A DNA stretch of 64,000 bases from Caulobacteraceae bacterium. GTDB lineage: Bacteria; Pseudomonadota; Alphaproteobacteria; Caulobacterales; Caulobacteraceae. The stretch is from assembly GCA_965283765.1 (NCBI GenBank), contig CBDIPU010000024.1, forward strand, positions 4,701 through 68,700, read 5' to 3'. The notes beneath the pieces were generated by a model. It did not search any database, had not been told where the DNA came from, and saw nothing but the letters and a program-made list of their open reading frames with translations. Shown here piece after piece: positions 1 through 10,738 of this stretch. The translations under genes were made by a program, and so were the position numbers. How positions within the stretch are numbered: the first letter of the stretch is position 1; each line of letters opens with the position of its first letter.

Positions 1-2377
1 CCGCCTTGGTCCCGATCCCCGCCGCGCCGTCGCCGCCATAAGCCGCCAGGTAGTCGACGCGGCTGTCGATCAGGGCGTGGATCTTGGCGTCCGTCGGCGT
101 CCCGCCGAAGATCGTCCTATAGGCCTCGCGCGTAGCGTCGAAGAGCGTGAGTCCCCATACTTCACCTCGAACGCCGCCCGCCCCTCGCCGTTCTTGCCCA
201 GATTGACCGCGAAGTTGATGTAGCGGTTCACCGTGTCGAACTGAGCGTAGTAGGCGCTGTTCAGCGTGTTGGGATTGGAGCTGTAGTCGGAGACCAGGTA
301 GTTGATCCCCCCTTCCGTCGGGATCCTGCCGGTAAAGAACTGATAGCTCAGCGTCGCCACCGAGGTGGTTGCGTCCGCCCGGGCCATGATCCTGCCCATC
401 AGTTGGTCGCCGCTCAGCAGTCCCGAAACCCAGCCTTGATAAAGCTGCGTGACCAAGGCCGGCTGCGAGCCCAGGCGCAGCAGCCAGTACACCTGGTTGG
501 TGATCTGCTGGGTGGTCTGCGGCGTGTCGAAGGTGATCGCCTCGATCGAGGTCAGGATGTCGCGTCCCTGGGCGAGCCCGCGCGCAGGTCGGTGATCGTC
601 GTCGCGCCGTCAGCGTTCTTCACCACTTCGAAGTCGCTGGCGCGCCCGATCACGCGGACGGTGTCAAAACCGTCGCCGCCGTCGATCCGGTCGTCACCTT
701 CGCCGCCCGAGATCAGGTCGTCACCAGCCCCGCCGAAGATCTGGTCGTCGCCGGCCCCGCCGAACATGATATTGGCCCGCGTGTCGCCAGTGAGCGTGTC
801 GGCGAACTTCGATCCGGTCACGCCCTCGATGCCGACTAGAGTGTCGAGACCGCCGCCGCGCGTGTTCTGCAGGCCCGTCTTCGTCAGATCGACCGTCACG
901 CCCACGATCGCGGTGTCGTAGGACACGATGTCGACGCCCGCGCCGCCATCCAGGGTGTCGTCGCCGACGTCGCCCGACAGGATGTCGTCGCCCAGCCCCC
1001 CCTTCAGAGTGTCGCTGCTGTCGCCGCCGCGCAGGAGATCGTCGCCGGCGCCGCCGTCGATCGCATTGGCCTTCGCGTCGCCGGTGAGGACATCCGAGAA
1101 GGCCGAGCCGATCAGGTTCTCGATGCCGACCAGCGTGTCACCGCCCGCGCCGCCAGTCTCCTGGTAGTAGCCATAGGAGAGGTCGACCCGCACGCCGGCG
1201 CTCGCTGACGCATAGTCGACGACATCGATCCCGTCTCCGCCGTCCATGACGTCGTTGCCGAGACCGCCGACCAGCCTGTCGTCGCCGGCTCCGCCGTAGA
1301 GCTTGTCGTCGCCCGCCCCGCCGCTGAGCATGTCGGCTTCGCCATAGCCATGGAGCGTGTCCGCTCCCGCATCGCCTGTCAGTGTGTTGGCGGCATCGTT
1401 GCCGCCGTAGGCGACGGCCGTCCGCAGATCGATCGAGGACAGGATCCCGTCGCCCATGACCAGCAGATGATGGCCGTCCGGCGCCAGGCTCAACCGGTCG
1501 CCGGTCCCAATTTGATAAGGGCTGTAGTCCTTGGGTATGTCGAAACCGACCGGCAGAACACGCTCGATCGCCCAGGTGGATGTCGACAGCTCGAAGATCC
1601 CGCCCTGATAGAGGTCGAAGATATAGAGGTGCTTGCCGTCGGCGCTGAAGGCTTCGCCGGTGATGACTAGGTACTGGGGTTGTTTCGAACCTATATTATA
1701 TTGGTAGCGCATCGAGTCAGTATAGATATTGCCGCCTATGGCGATTAGGTGAGCCGCCGTACTGATCGCCTGGATGCCTGATAGCGAGCCCGGATCGTCT
1801 CCCCCTCGCGCCCCGTGATCCCGACGCCCGAAGTGTAGACGACGCGCGGCTGCCCCGTCGCTACGATGACCTTCGTATGGGTCGGATCGGCTGTCAGTTT
1901 GGGAAAATTGTAGAGCTGTTCCGTTTCGCTCGTGAACACGCCCGTCGAGGGATTGAGCCGGATCAGAGGGATCCAGGTCAGGCCATAGCTCTGCGAGAGC
2001 AGCAGTTCGCCGTTCGCGAGGACGGCCACGTCATACAGGGTCCCCTCACCTCGCGCCGATAGCTTCGTGAAGTCCTTCACCGCGCCAGTGGCGGTGTCGA
2101 CCTGGTGCACGGTGAGGTTCACGGGTCCGCTATCGTTGGGATCCCGGTCCTGCTCGACGACGTAGAGGTACCGACCATCCAGCGACACATCCATGCCGCC
2201 CAGCTTGACGCCGACCTTCCATTGAGCGGTTTTCTCGCCCGTGGCATAGGCGTAGGCGGTGATGTTCCCCGCGCTGTCGGAGACGTAGACGAAATTGCCG
2301 ACGGGGTTGACCGCCATGTCGAGGAGAGCGCCCTTGGTCAGGACGTTCAGGGCTCCGGACGGCTGGGTGATGCTCAA
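1..2377 (-). CDS. Secreted beta-propeller + RTX Ca-binding repeat protein with C-terminal RsaA-N-like domain (3' end outside window; three apparent frameshifts)
   Basis: ORF pieces 1745-2377, 552-1800, 150-570 and 1-150 join on adding one base in G/C runs near 1803, 570 and 155. Many GGxGxDxL nonapeptides. C-terminal YQFFTG..G..YLV...NRYINFAVNLG...YGGDGAAGIGTKA resembles the RsaA N-domain. TTG start after AGAGG. Confidence 0.75.
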
Positions 2378-2463
2378 CTCAACCTCTAAATCTCTTGGGC
2401 GACAACTCAACCTATAGACTACACGCCCTGTCGTCGCGCAACCAAGCTTCGCCTTGGCGCAAC

Positions 2464-2492
2464 AAAAAAGGGCGGCCGTTTCCGGCCGCCCT
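2464..2492 (-). terminator. Rho-independent terminator of ettA
   Basis: On the minus strand, AGGGCGGCCG-GAAA-CGGCCGCCCT hairpin followed by a T tract. Confidence 0.85.
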
Positions 2493-2516
2493 CCAACTCG
2501 ATTTCGAGTCCGCCGC

Positions 2517-4184
<1,668 letters not shown>

Positions 4185-4426
4185 GAGGCTCGCGTTCTCG
4201 CTGGACGAGGGTTTCGGGGATTGGGCGCTGAAATAGCGGTCCGGAGCGCTTCGCGCAATCGTGGCGGGGTCCGCGCGGCGGGATCGCGACGGCGCGGCCG
4301 TCATGGTTCGTTCGCCAGACTGTCGAACAGTCGACACAGCTCCGTCGCCTCGCCGTCGTCGACCACTGTTACCGCAAGCTCCCAACCGGCCCCTCCCCTT
4401 CTGTTCGGGCCGGATTGGGGATAATC

Positions 4427-6808
4427 ATGAAGAAGCACACCTTGTTGCTGAGCGCCGCCGCCTGCGCGCTCGGCCTTTTCGCGAACCCGGCCTTCGCCGC
4501 CGATGACGTGAAGCCCGCCGACGCCGCCGCCGCTCCGGCCGCCGCGCCCGAAAACACCGAAGTCGATGCGATCATCGTCCTGGGCCGCGGCGAGAGCCGC
4601 CAGGTCCAGACCGTCAACGAGCAGCAGGTCGCCCTGCAGGCCGCCGGCTCCAGCCCGCTCAAGGCCATCGAGAAACTGCCCGGCGTGTCGTTCCAGTCGG
4701 CCGACGCCTTCGGCGCGTACGAGTGGTCGACCCGCATCTCGATTCGCGGCTTCGACCAGAATCGCCTGGGCTTCACCCTGGACGGCGTGCCGCTGGGCGA
4801 CATGAGCTACGGCAACTACAACGGCCTGCACATCAGCCGCGCCATCGCCAGCGAGGACATCGGCAAGATCGAGCTGGCCCAGGGCGCCGGCGCCCTGTCG
4901 ACCGCCTCGACCTCGAACCTGGGCGGCACGCTGCAGTTCTTCTCGCGCAGCCCGACCGACGACTTCGGCCTGCAAGCCAACGCCACGGTCGGCTCGGACA
5001 ACATGCACCGCGTGTTCGGTCGCCTGGACACCGGCGCCATCGAGTCGATGAACGGCCTGAAGGGCTATTTCTCGGTCGCCGAGCAACAGGCCGACAAGTG
5101 GAAGGGCGGCTCCAAGCAGAAGCAGCTGCAGATCGACGGCAAGATCGAGCTGCCGCTGGGTGAGAACGGCTCGCTGACCGCGTGGTGGGACCACTCGAAA
5201 CGCCGCGAGCAGGACTACCAGGACATGTCGTTCAACATGATCAAGCGCCTGGGCCGCGACTTCGACAACTTCCAGCCCGACTGGGCCAAGGCCGTCGGCG
5301 TCGCCGCCGTGCTGAACAACCCGGCCAACTACGCCGGCGCCACGCCGCTGCTGAACGGCGGCTACTGGACCGGCGCGGGCGTGAACCCCTACCGCGCCTA
5401 TGGCGTCGACACGCCGGATGACGCCTACTACGCCGGCGCCGGCATCCGTGACGACGACCTGTTCGCCGCGACCTTCAAGCAGAAGATCGGCGACAATGTC
5501 CGCGTCGACCTGACCGGCTACGGCCACAAGAACAAGGGCCAGGGCCTGTGGTACACGCCCTACACGGTCAGCCCGGGCTACGGCACGGCCGGCTCGACGG
5601 CCGCCCCGCTGTCGATCCGCACCACCGAGTACGACATCGACCGCAAGGGCCTGATCGGCAACCTGGTCGTCGACCTGGCCAGCCACCAGATCAGCGCCGG
5701 CTTCTGGCACGAGGACAACGACTTCTCCCAGGCTCGCCGCTTCTACGCCGAGACCCTGGCCGCGCCGTCGCGTGACTCGCTGGACTTCCAGTCCAACCCG
5801 TTCAGCACCTCGTGGGAGTACAAGTTCAACACCAAGACCACGACCGGCTACCTGCAGGACGTCTGGTCGGTGACCGACGCGTTCAAGGTCAACTTCGGCT
5901 TCAAGGCCCTGAAGGTCGAGAACGAGGTCAAGTCGATCGTCGGCAAGATGAACGGCAAGATCGAGAGCAAGGACAGCTTCCTGCCCCAGGTCGGCGCTGT
6001 CTACAGCCTGGACAACGGCGTCGAGGTGTTCGGCGGCTATACCGAGAACATGGCCGCCTTCGTGTCGGCCGCGACCTCGGGTCCGTTCGCCTCGCAGAAC
6101 CAGACGGTCGTCGACTACGTCGCCAAGAACCTGAAGCCGGAAACCTCGAAGACCTTCGAGGGCGGTCTGCGCGTCAAGACCAGCCGCTTCCAGGGCGTCG
6201 CGGCCCTCTACCACGTCAAGTTCGACAACCGCCTGGACAGCGCCTCGACGGCTCCGCCGATCCTGGGCCTGCCGGCCGTGCTGTCGAACGTCGGCTCGGT
6301 CACGACCAAGGGCGTCGAAGTCGCCGGCGAGTTCCGCATGACGGACGAGTGGTCGCTGTACGGCTCCTACAGCTACAACGACTCCAAGTATGACGACGAC
6401 GTCCCGGGCGCCGGCGGCCTGGTGGCCATGAAGACCAAGGACAAGGACGTGATCTACACGCCCAAGAACCTGCTGAAGGCCGAACTGAAGTACGACAACG
6501 GCGGCCTCTATGCCCGCGCCGGCCTCTCGTATGTCGGCTCGCGCTGGTACACGTTCGAGAACGACGGCGGCAAGGTCGACAGCTACACGGTCGCGGACCT
6601 GACGGTCGGCTATCGCTTCAGCGACGACGCCGCCCCGATGCTGCGCGGCCTGGAAATCCAGGCCAACGTCACCAACTTGAGCGACGAGGACTACATCTCG
6701 ACGGTCGGTTCGGGCGGCGCCTCCAAGGCCGACCGCGCCGGCACGGCCATGACCCTGCTGCCGGGCGCCCCGCGCCAGGGCTACCTGACGATCAAGAAGC
6801 GTTTCTAG
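4427..6808 (+). CDS. TonB-dependent receptor
   Basis: Signal peptide, TonB-box-like DAIIVLG, plug (IRGF..DGVP), C-terminal Phe. Confidence 0.93.
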   Translation: MKKHTLLLSAAACALGLFANPAFAADDVKPADAAAAPAAAPENTEVDAIIVLGRGESRQVQTVNEQQVALQAAGSSPLKAIEKLPGVSFQSADAFGAYEWSTRISIRGFDQNRLGFTLDGVPLGDMSYGNYNGLHISRAIASEDIGKIELAQGAGALSTASTSNLGGTLQFFSRSPTDDFGLQANATVGSDNMHRVFGRLDTGAIESMNGLKGYFSVAEQQADKWKGGSKQKQLQIDGKIELPLGENGSLTAWWDHSKRREQDYQDMSFNMIKRLGRDFDNFQPDWAKAVGVAAVLNNPANYAGATPLLNGGYWTGAGVNPYRAYGVDTPDDAYYAGAGIRDDDLFAATFKQKIGDNVRVDLTGYGHKNKGQGLWYTPYTVSPGYGTAGSTAAPLSIRTTEYDIDRKGLIGNLVVDLASHQISAGFWHEDNDFSQARRFYAETLAAPSRDSLDFQSNPFSTSWEYKFNTKTTTGYLQDVWSVTDAFKVNFGFKALKVENEVKSIVGKMNGKIESKDSFLPQVGAVYSLDNGVEVFGGYTENMAAFVSAATSGPFASQNQTVVDYVAKNLKPETSKTFEGGLRVKTSRFQGVAALYHVKFDNRLDSASTAPPILGLPAVLSNVGSVTTKGVEVAGEFRMTDEWSLYGSYSYNDSKYDDDVPGAGGLVAMKTKDKDVIYTPKNLLKAELKYDNGGLYARAGLSYVGSRWYTFENDGGKVDSYTVADLTVGYRFSDDAAPMLRGLEIQANVTNLSDEDYISTVGSGGASKADRAGTAMTLLPGAPRQGYLTIKKRF

Positions 6809-6822
6809 AACCCAACACAGTC

Positions 6823-6856
6823 GCCGGCTCTCCGCTTCGCTGCGGCCGGGATGACA
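6823..6856. repeat. Partial alphaproteobacterial palindromic intergenic repeat
   Basis: CCGGCtctccgcttcgctgcgGCCGGGATGACA ending. A similar GGGATGA-ended hairpin occurs at 38635-38663. Confidence 0.45.
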
Positions 6857-6868
6857 AGGAGAAGTGGA

Positions 6869-6898
6869 GGGTCGGGAGCATGTCTCCCGGCCCTTTTT
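6869..6898 (+). terminator. Rho-independent terminator
   Basis: GGGTCGGGAG-catgt-CTCCCGGCCC followed by TTTTT. Confidence 0.8.
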
Positions 6899-6976
6899 CA
6901 TGTCCGGACACGAATTCACGGACGTCCCGACAGGCCTTTGCTGGCGCTGGCGGTCGACGCGAGGCTTGGTCGAGAC

Positions 6977-7750
6977 ATGACCGACATCACCTCCCCCGAC
7001 ATAGCCCCGCCCTCCGCCAACGCCTGGCGCGAGTTCGTCGAGATTCTCCGCACCGTGGGCTTGGCGCTCGCCATCGCCCTGATCCTGCGGGTCGTGATCT
7101 TCCAGCCCTTCACCATCCCCTCGTCCTCGATGGAGCCGGGACTGGTGACCGGCGACTACATCGTGGTCTCCAAGTCGTCGTATGGCTGGAGCCGGGCCTC
7201 GTTCCCGCTCAATCCGCCGCTGTTCAAAGGCCGGTTCCTGGAGCGCATGGCCCAGCGCGGCGACGTGGTCGTCTTCCGCCTGCCGCGCGATCCCGGCCAG
7301 ACCTGGATAAAGCGCGTGATCGGCCTGCCGGGAGATCGCGTTCACGTGCGAAACGGTCAGGTCTTCGTCAATGGCGTCGCCATCCTCCAGACGCCGCTGG
7401 GCATGACCCAGGATCACGACGCGCCGGACCGCACCGTTCTGCAATTGGCCGAGCGGACGCCGAACGGCCGCGCCTATGTCACCTATGACGGCGGGCCCGG
7501 CCAGCCGGGCGACGACACCGGCGCCTATGTGGTGCCGGCGGGCCAGTATTTCGTGATGGGCGACAACCGCGACAACTCGCTGGACAGCCGCTTCGCGCCG
7601 TCAGCCGGCGGCGTCGGCCTGCTGCCAGCCGAAAACCTGGTCGGCCGCGCGAAGTTCGTGCTGGTGTCGTGGCGACAGGGCGCATCGCTGTTCAAGCCGT
7701 GGACGTGGCTGGACCTGCAGTGGGACCGGCTGCTGAAGCCGATCCGTTAG
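6977..7750 (+). CDS. lepB: Signal peptidase I
   Basis: TM helix, IPSSSMEP (catalytic Ser), WIKRVIGLPGD (Lys), GDNRDNSLDSR. Confidence 0.92.
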   Translation: MTDITSPDIAPPSANAWREFVEILRTVGLALAIALILRVVIFQPFTIPSSSMEPGLVTGDYIVVSKSSYGWSRASFPLNPPLFKGRFLERMAQRGDVVVFRLPRDPGQTWIKRVIGLPGDRVHVRNGQVFVNGVAILQTPLGMTQDHDAPDRTVLQLAERTPNGRAYVTYDGGPGQPGDDTGAYVVPAGQYFVMGDNRDNSLDSRFAPSAGGVGLLPAENLVGRAKFVLVSWRQGASLFKPWTWLDLQWDRLLKPIR

Positions 7751-8082
7751 CGCCCGCTGAATTCCTCGAAGCTCAGATTGCCATCGTGGTTGGCGTCCAG
7801 GCGCTCGAAGACCGCGTGCGAGGGCGTGGTCGGACGGGCGAGCGAGGGCGCGGCCACCGCGCCGACGGCCAAGCCTGCCAGCGCCGCCGCCATGGCTCGC
7901 CACGCTAGACCGGGGGCGCGGGGCTTGGCCACCCGCCCTTCCAGTTCCTGGTCGATAAAGACCCGCACCACCTCGCTGGCCGTGCGGTCCGTCTCGCGGC
8001 AGCGGGCCATGAAGGCGGTCTTGGTCTCGTACGGCAAACGGACCTCGAGCACTTCGCTCTTCTTGGGCTTGCCAGCGGCCAT
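7747..8082 (-). CDS. Small protein: RHH-like N-terminus, TM segment, single EF-hand
   Basis: SEVLEVRLPYETKTAFMARC..SEVVRVFI; hydrophobic AMAAALAGLAVGAVAA; canonical loop DANHDGNLSFEE. Alternative start at 8094. Confidence 0.75.
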   Translation of the reverse strand: MAAGKPKKSEVLEVRLPYETKTAFMARCRETDRTASEVVRVFIDQELEGRVAKPRAPGLAWRAMAAALAGLAVGAVAAPSLARPTTPSHAVFERLDANHDGNLSFEEFSGR

Positions 8083-8145
8083 GCCTGTTCTCATTGGGGG
8101 AGAAACCTCGCGATGTTCGTCCCTGATTATCATCTTCCGCGACGC

Positions 8146-8232
8146 GCAAAAAGAAAGCCCGGCCAAACGACCGGGCTTGAAGTCAATAGGGAGGAAACGC
8201 CCAAGAAGGGCAGAGGCGCTCGGCGCCTCACG
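8146..8232 (-). ncRNA. suhB/alpha-r8 (MmgR-like) family small RNA
   Basis: Minus strand reads CTTGGGCGTTTCCTCCCTATTGACTT, then hairpin AAGCCCGG..CCGGGCTT and TCTTTTT. Upstream is TTGCGC-N16-GCTATCA. The 5' end is estimated. Confidence 0.75.
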
Positions 8233-8238
8233 GATCCC

Positions 8239-8252
8239 TGATAGCGCTAACA
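8239..8252. promoter_or_regulatory. LacI-family (XylR-like) operator overlapping the -10 of the sRNA promoter
   Basis: TGATAGCGCTAACA is a near-perfect palindrome, one mismatch from the C. crescentus XylR site TGGTAGCGCTAACA. Confidence 0.7.
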
Positions 8253-8362
8253 CTCTGGATGGCGCAACCTCTTTTCGACGGCCGCGACGGCCTGCCGCAT
8301 GTGGCCTTGACGATCGTCAGCGCACAGCGGCGCTTTACGACGGCCGCGAGAGGTCATACCAA

Positions 8363-8376
8363 TGTTACCGCTACCG
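8363..8376. promoter_or_regulatory. Second LacI/XylR-like operator upstream of the SGNH esterase
   Basis: TGTTACCGCTACCG, about 33 bp before the ATG. Confidence 0.5.
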
Positions 8377-8408
8377 ATGCCGCAAGGTCGGAGTGGGGAG
8401 AAACGTCG

Positions 8409-9641
8409 ATGAAGATGCTCGCGCGGCTAGCCGTATTCGGCGCGGCCCTGGCCCTTGCTTTCCCGGTTCATGCCGAGCCGACCAAGTCTCCCCGCTGGGT
8501 CGGCGCCTGGGCCAGCGCCCAGATGGCGCCGGACGAGAAGAATCGCCTCGCCGCCGAGGACTATCCGGACGCCACCCTGCGCCAGATCGTGCGCCTGACC
8601 CTGGGCGGCGAGACGCTGCGGGTGCGCCTCTCCAACGCCTTCGGGACCGCGCCGCTGACGATCAAGGCCGCCCATGTCGCCGTCTCGTCCGATCTCGCCA
8701 GCGCCCGAATCGACCCGGCCACGGACCGCGCCCTGACCTTCTCCGGCCGCGCGGAGGTGACCATCCCCGCCGGCGCCGACTACTGGTCCGATCCCGTGAG
8801 CCTGAAGGTCGCGCCGCTGACCAACTTGGCCATCAGCCTCCACTACGCCGCCGCCCCCAGCGTCCAGACCGGCCATCCGGGCTCGCGGGCGACCTCCTAC
8901 GTCCTGGCCGGCGATCACGTGGCCGCCGCCGATCTGCCCGGCGCCAAGACCGCCGACCGCTGGCTGCAGATCTCCAGCGTCGACGTGGTCTCGGCCAAGG
9001 CTCGCGCCATCGTGGCGCTGGGCGACAGCATCACCGACGGCTACGGCGTCCAGCCCAACACCAACCTGCGCTGGACCGACGGGCTGATCGAACGGCTGAA
9101 GGGCACGAACATCGGCCTGCTGAACCTCGGCATCGGCGGCAACCGCGTGCTGCTCGACGGCCTGGGTCCCAACGCCTTGGCGCGGTTCGAGCGCGACGTG
9201 CTCAGCCAGGCCGGCGTCACCCATGTGGTGCTGCTGGAAGGCGTCAACGACCTGGGAACCCTGACACGCGAGGCGCCCGCCACGCCCGAAGCGCACAAGG
9301 CCCTGGTCGAACAGGTCCTCGCCGGCTACCGCCAGATGATCGACCGCGCCCATGGCCGGGGGATCAAGGTGATCGGCGCGACCATCCTGCCCTATGCCCG
9401 CTCGGCCTATTACCACCCCGGCCCGGAGAGCGAGGCCGACCGCCAGGCGATCAACGCCTGGATCCGCGCGCCTGGGAACTTCGACGGCGTGATCGATTGG
9501 GACAAGGCCCTGCGCGACCCGGCCAAACCCACCTATCTGCTATCGGCCTACGACAACGATGGCCTGCACCCCAACCTGGCGGGCTACAAGGCCATGGCGG
9601 ACGCCGTGCCGCTGAGTTTGTTCAACGCGACCAACAAATAA
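8409..9641 (+). CDS. Secreted SGNH/GDSL hydrolase
   Basis: Signal peptide, GDSITDG, GIGGN, GVND and DGLHP motifs. Confidence 0.92.
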   Translation: MKMLARLAVFGAALALAFPVHAEPTKSPRWVGAWASAQMAPDEKNRLAAEDYPDATLRQIVRLTLGGETLRVRLSNAFGTAPLTIKAAHVAVSSDLASARIDPATDRALTFSGRAEVTIPAGADYWSDPVSLKVAPLTNLAISLHYAAAPSVQTGHPGSRATSYVLAGDHVAAADLPGAKTADRWLQISSVDVVSAKARAIVALGDSITDGYGVQPNTNLRWTDGLIERLKGTNIGLLNLGIGGNRVLLDGLGPNALARFERDVLSQAGVTHVVLLEGVNDLGTLTREAPATPEAHKALVEQVLAGYRQMIDRAHGRGIKVIGATILPYARSAYYHPGPESEADRQAINAWIRAPGNFDGVIDWDKALRDPAKPTYLLSAYDNDGLHPNLAGYKAMADAVPLSLFNATNK

Positions 9642-9642
9642 T

Positions 9643-9772
9643 CCGATCTCCCCGGCGAAGGCCGGGGCCCAGATCCATCCGGGGAATCAGACGTGTACGC
9701 GCCCAAAACCTCAGCCAAACCCGCCAATGCCCAGGGTTCGATCTGGGCCCCGGCCTTCGCCGGGGAGATCGG
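9643..9772. repeat. CIR-like palindromic repeat, copy 1
   Basis: Perfect 33-bp inverted arms CCGATCTCCCCGGCGAAGGCCGGGGCCCAGATC (9643-9675 / 9740-9772); GAATC in the spacer. Confidence 0.9.
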
Positions 9773-10673
9773 GAAGTGGGTGAGCGTTGCGTGCGTCGCG
9801 CTCATGGCCACCACCGCCCACGCGGCCGGCAAACCCGTCATCGCCTTCACCTGGGACGACCTGCCCGCGCACAGCGCCCTGCCGTCGGGTGTGACGCGCG
9901 TCCAGATCGCCGCCGACCTGCTGAAGGCCGCCGCCGACGCCAAGGCCCCCGCCTTCGGCTTCATCAACGGCGTCCAGACCGAGCGCGAGCCGGCCTCGAC
10001 GCCGGTGCTGAAGATGTGGCGCGACGCCGGCCAGCCCCTGGGCAACCACACTTGGTCGCACCAGAACCTGAAGGACCTTACGCCCGAACAGTTCGCCGCC
10101 GAGACCGCCGGCAACGAGCCCATGCTGAAAGACCTGATGGCCGCCGAGGATTGGCGCTGGCTACGCTATCCGTTCCTGTCCGAGGGCGACACGCCCGAGA
10201 AGCGCCTGGCCGTTCGCGCCTGGCTGGCGACCAACCACTACAAGATCGCCAGCGTCACGATGAGCTTCGCCGACTACGCCTATAACGAGCCCTACGCCCG
10301 CTGCGCGGCCAAGGGCGACCGGGCCGCGATCGCCGAACTGGAGAAACGCTATCTGGACGGCGCGGCGGCCGTCGCCGACCGCGCCCGGGCGATGAGCAAG
10401 ACTTTGTACGGCAAGGACATTCCCTATGTCCTGCTGATGCACGCCGGCGCCTTCGACGCCCGCATGGCCCCGCGCCTCTACAGGCTCTTCCAGGATCGCG
10501 GCTTCGGCTTCACGACGCTGGCGGAGGCGCAGAAGCATCCGTTCTACCGCACAGACCTCGACCCCGGCCTGCCGCCCGAGCCGACCACGCTGGAGGACGC
10601 CTTGAAGGCCAAGGGCCTGCCGGTCCCGCCCGATCCGGTGGATGTGAAGGCGGTCGACGGAATGTGCCGCTAA
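9693..10673 (+). CDS. Polysaccharide deacetylase (CE4/NodB-like); start 9693 or 9780
   Basis: FTWDDLP, GNHTWSH, RYPFL and LLMH motifs; signal-like VSVACVALMATTAHA. Confidence 0.88.
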   Translation: MYAPKTSAKPANAQGSIWAPAFAGEIGKWVSVACVALMATTAHAAGKPVIAFTWDDLPAHSALPSGVTRVQIAADLLKAAADAKAPAFGFINGVQTEREPASTPVLKMWRDAGQPLGNHTWSHQNLKDLTPEQFAAETAGNEPMLKDLMAAEDWRWLRYPFLSEGDTPEKRLAVRAWLATNHYKIASVTMSFADYAYNEPYARCAAKGDRAAIAELEKRYLDGAAAVADRARAMSKTLYGKDIPYVLLMHAGAFDARMAPRLYRLFQDRGFGFTTLAEAQKHPFYRTDLDPGLPPEPTTLEDALKAKGLPVPPDPVDVKAVDGMCR

Positions 10674-10738
10674 GCGTTTCAGCCCCGCAACAACTTCCCT
10701 GCTGACAATAGCGACGCTCCCGCATAGCGTCCCGCGCC

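Noticed and set aside
680-1400. Recurring GTCGTCGCC/GCCGCC repeats
   Set aside because: Coding RTX nonapeptide repeats, not an independent DNA element
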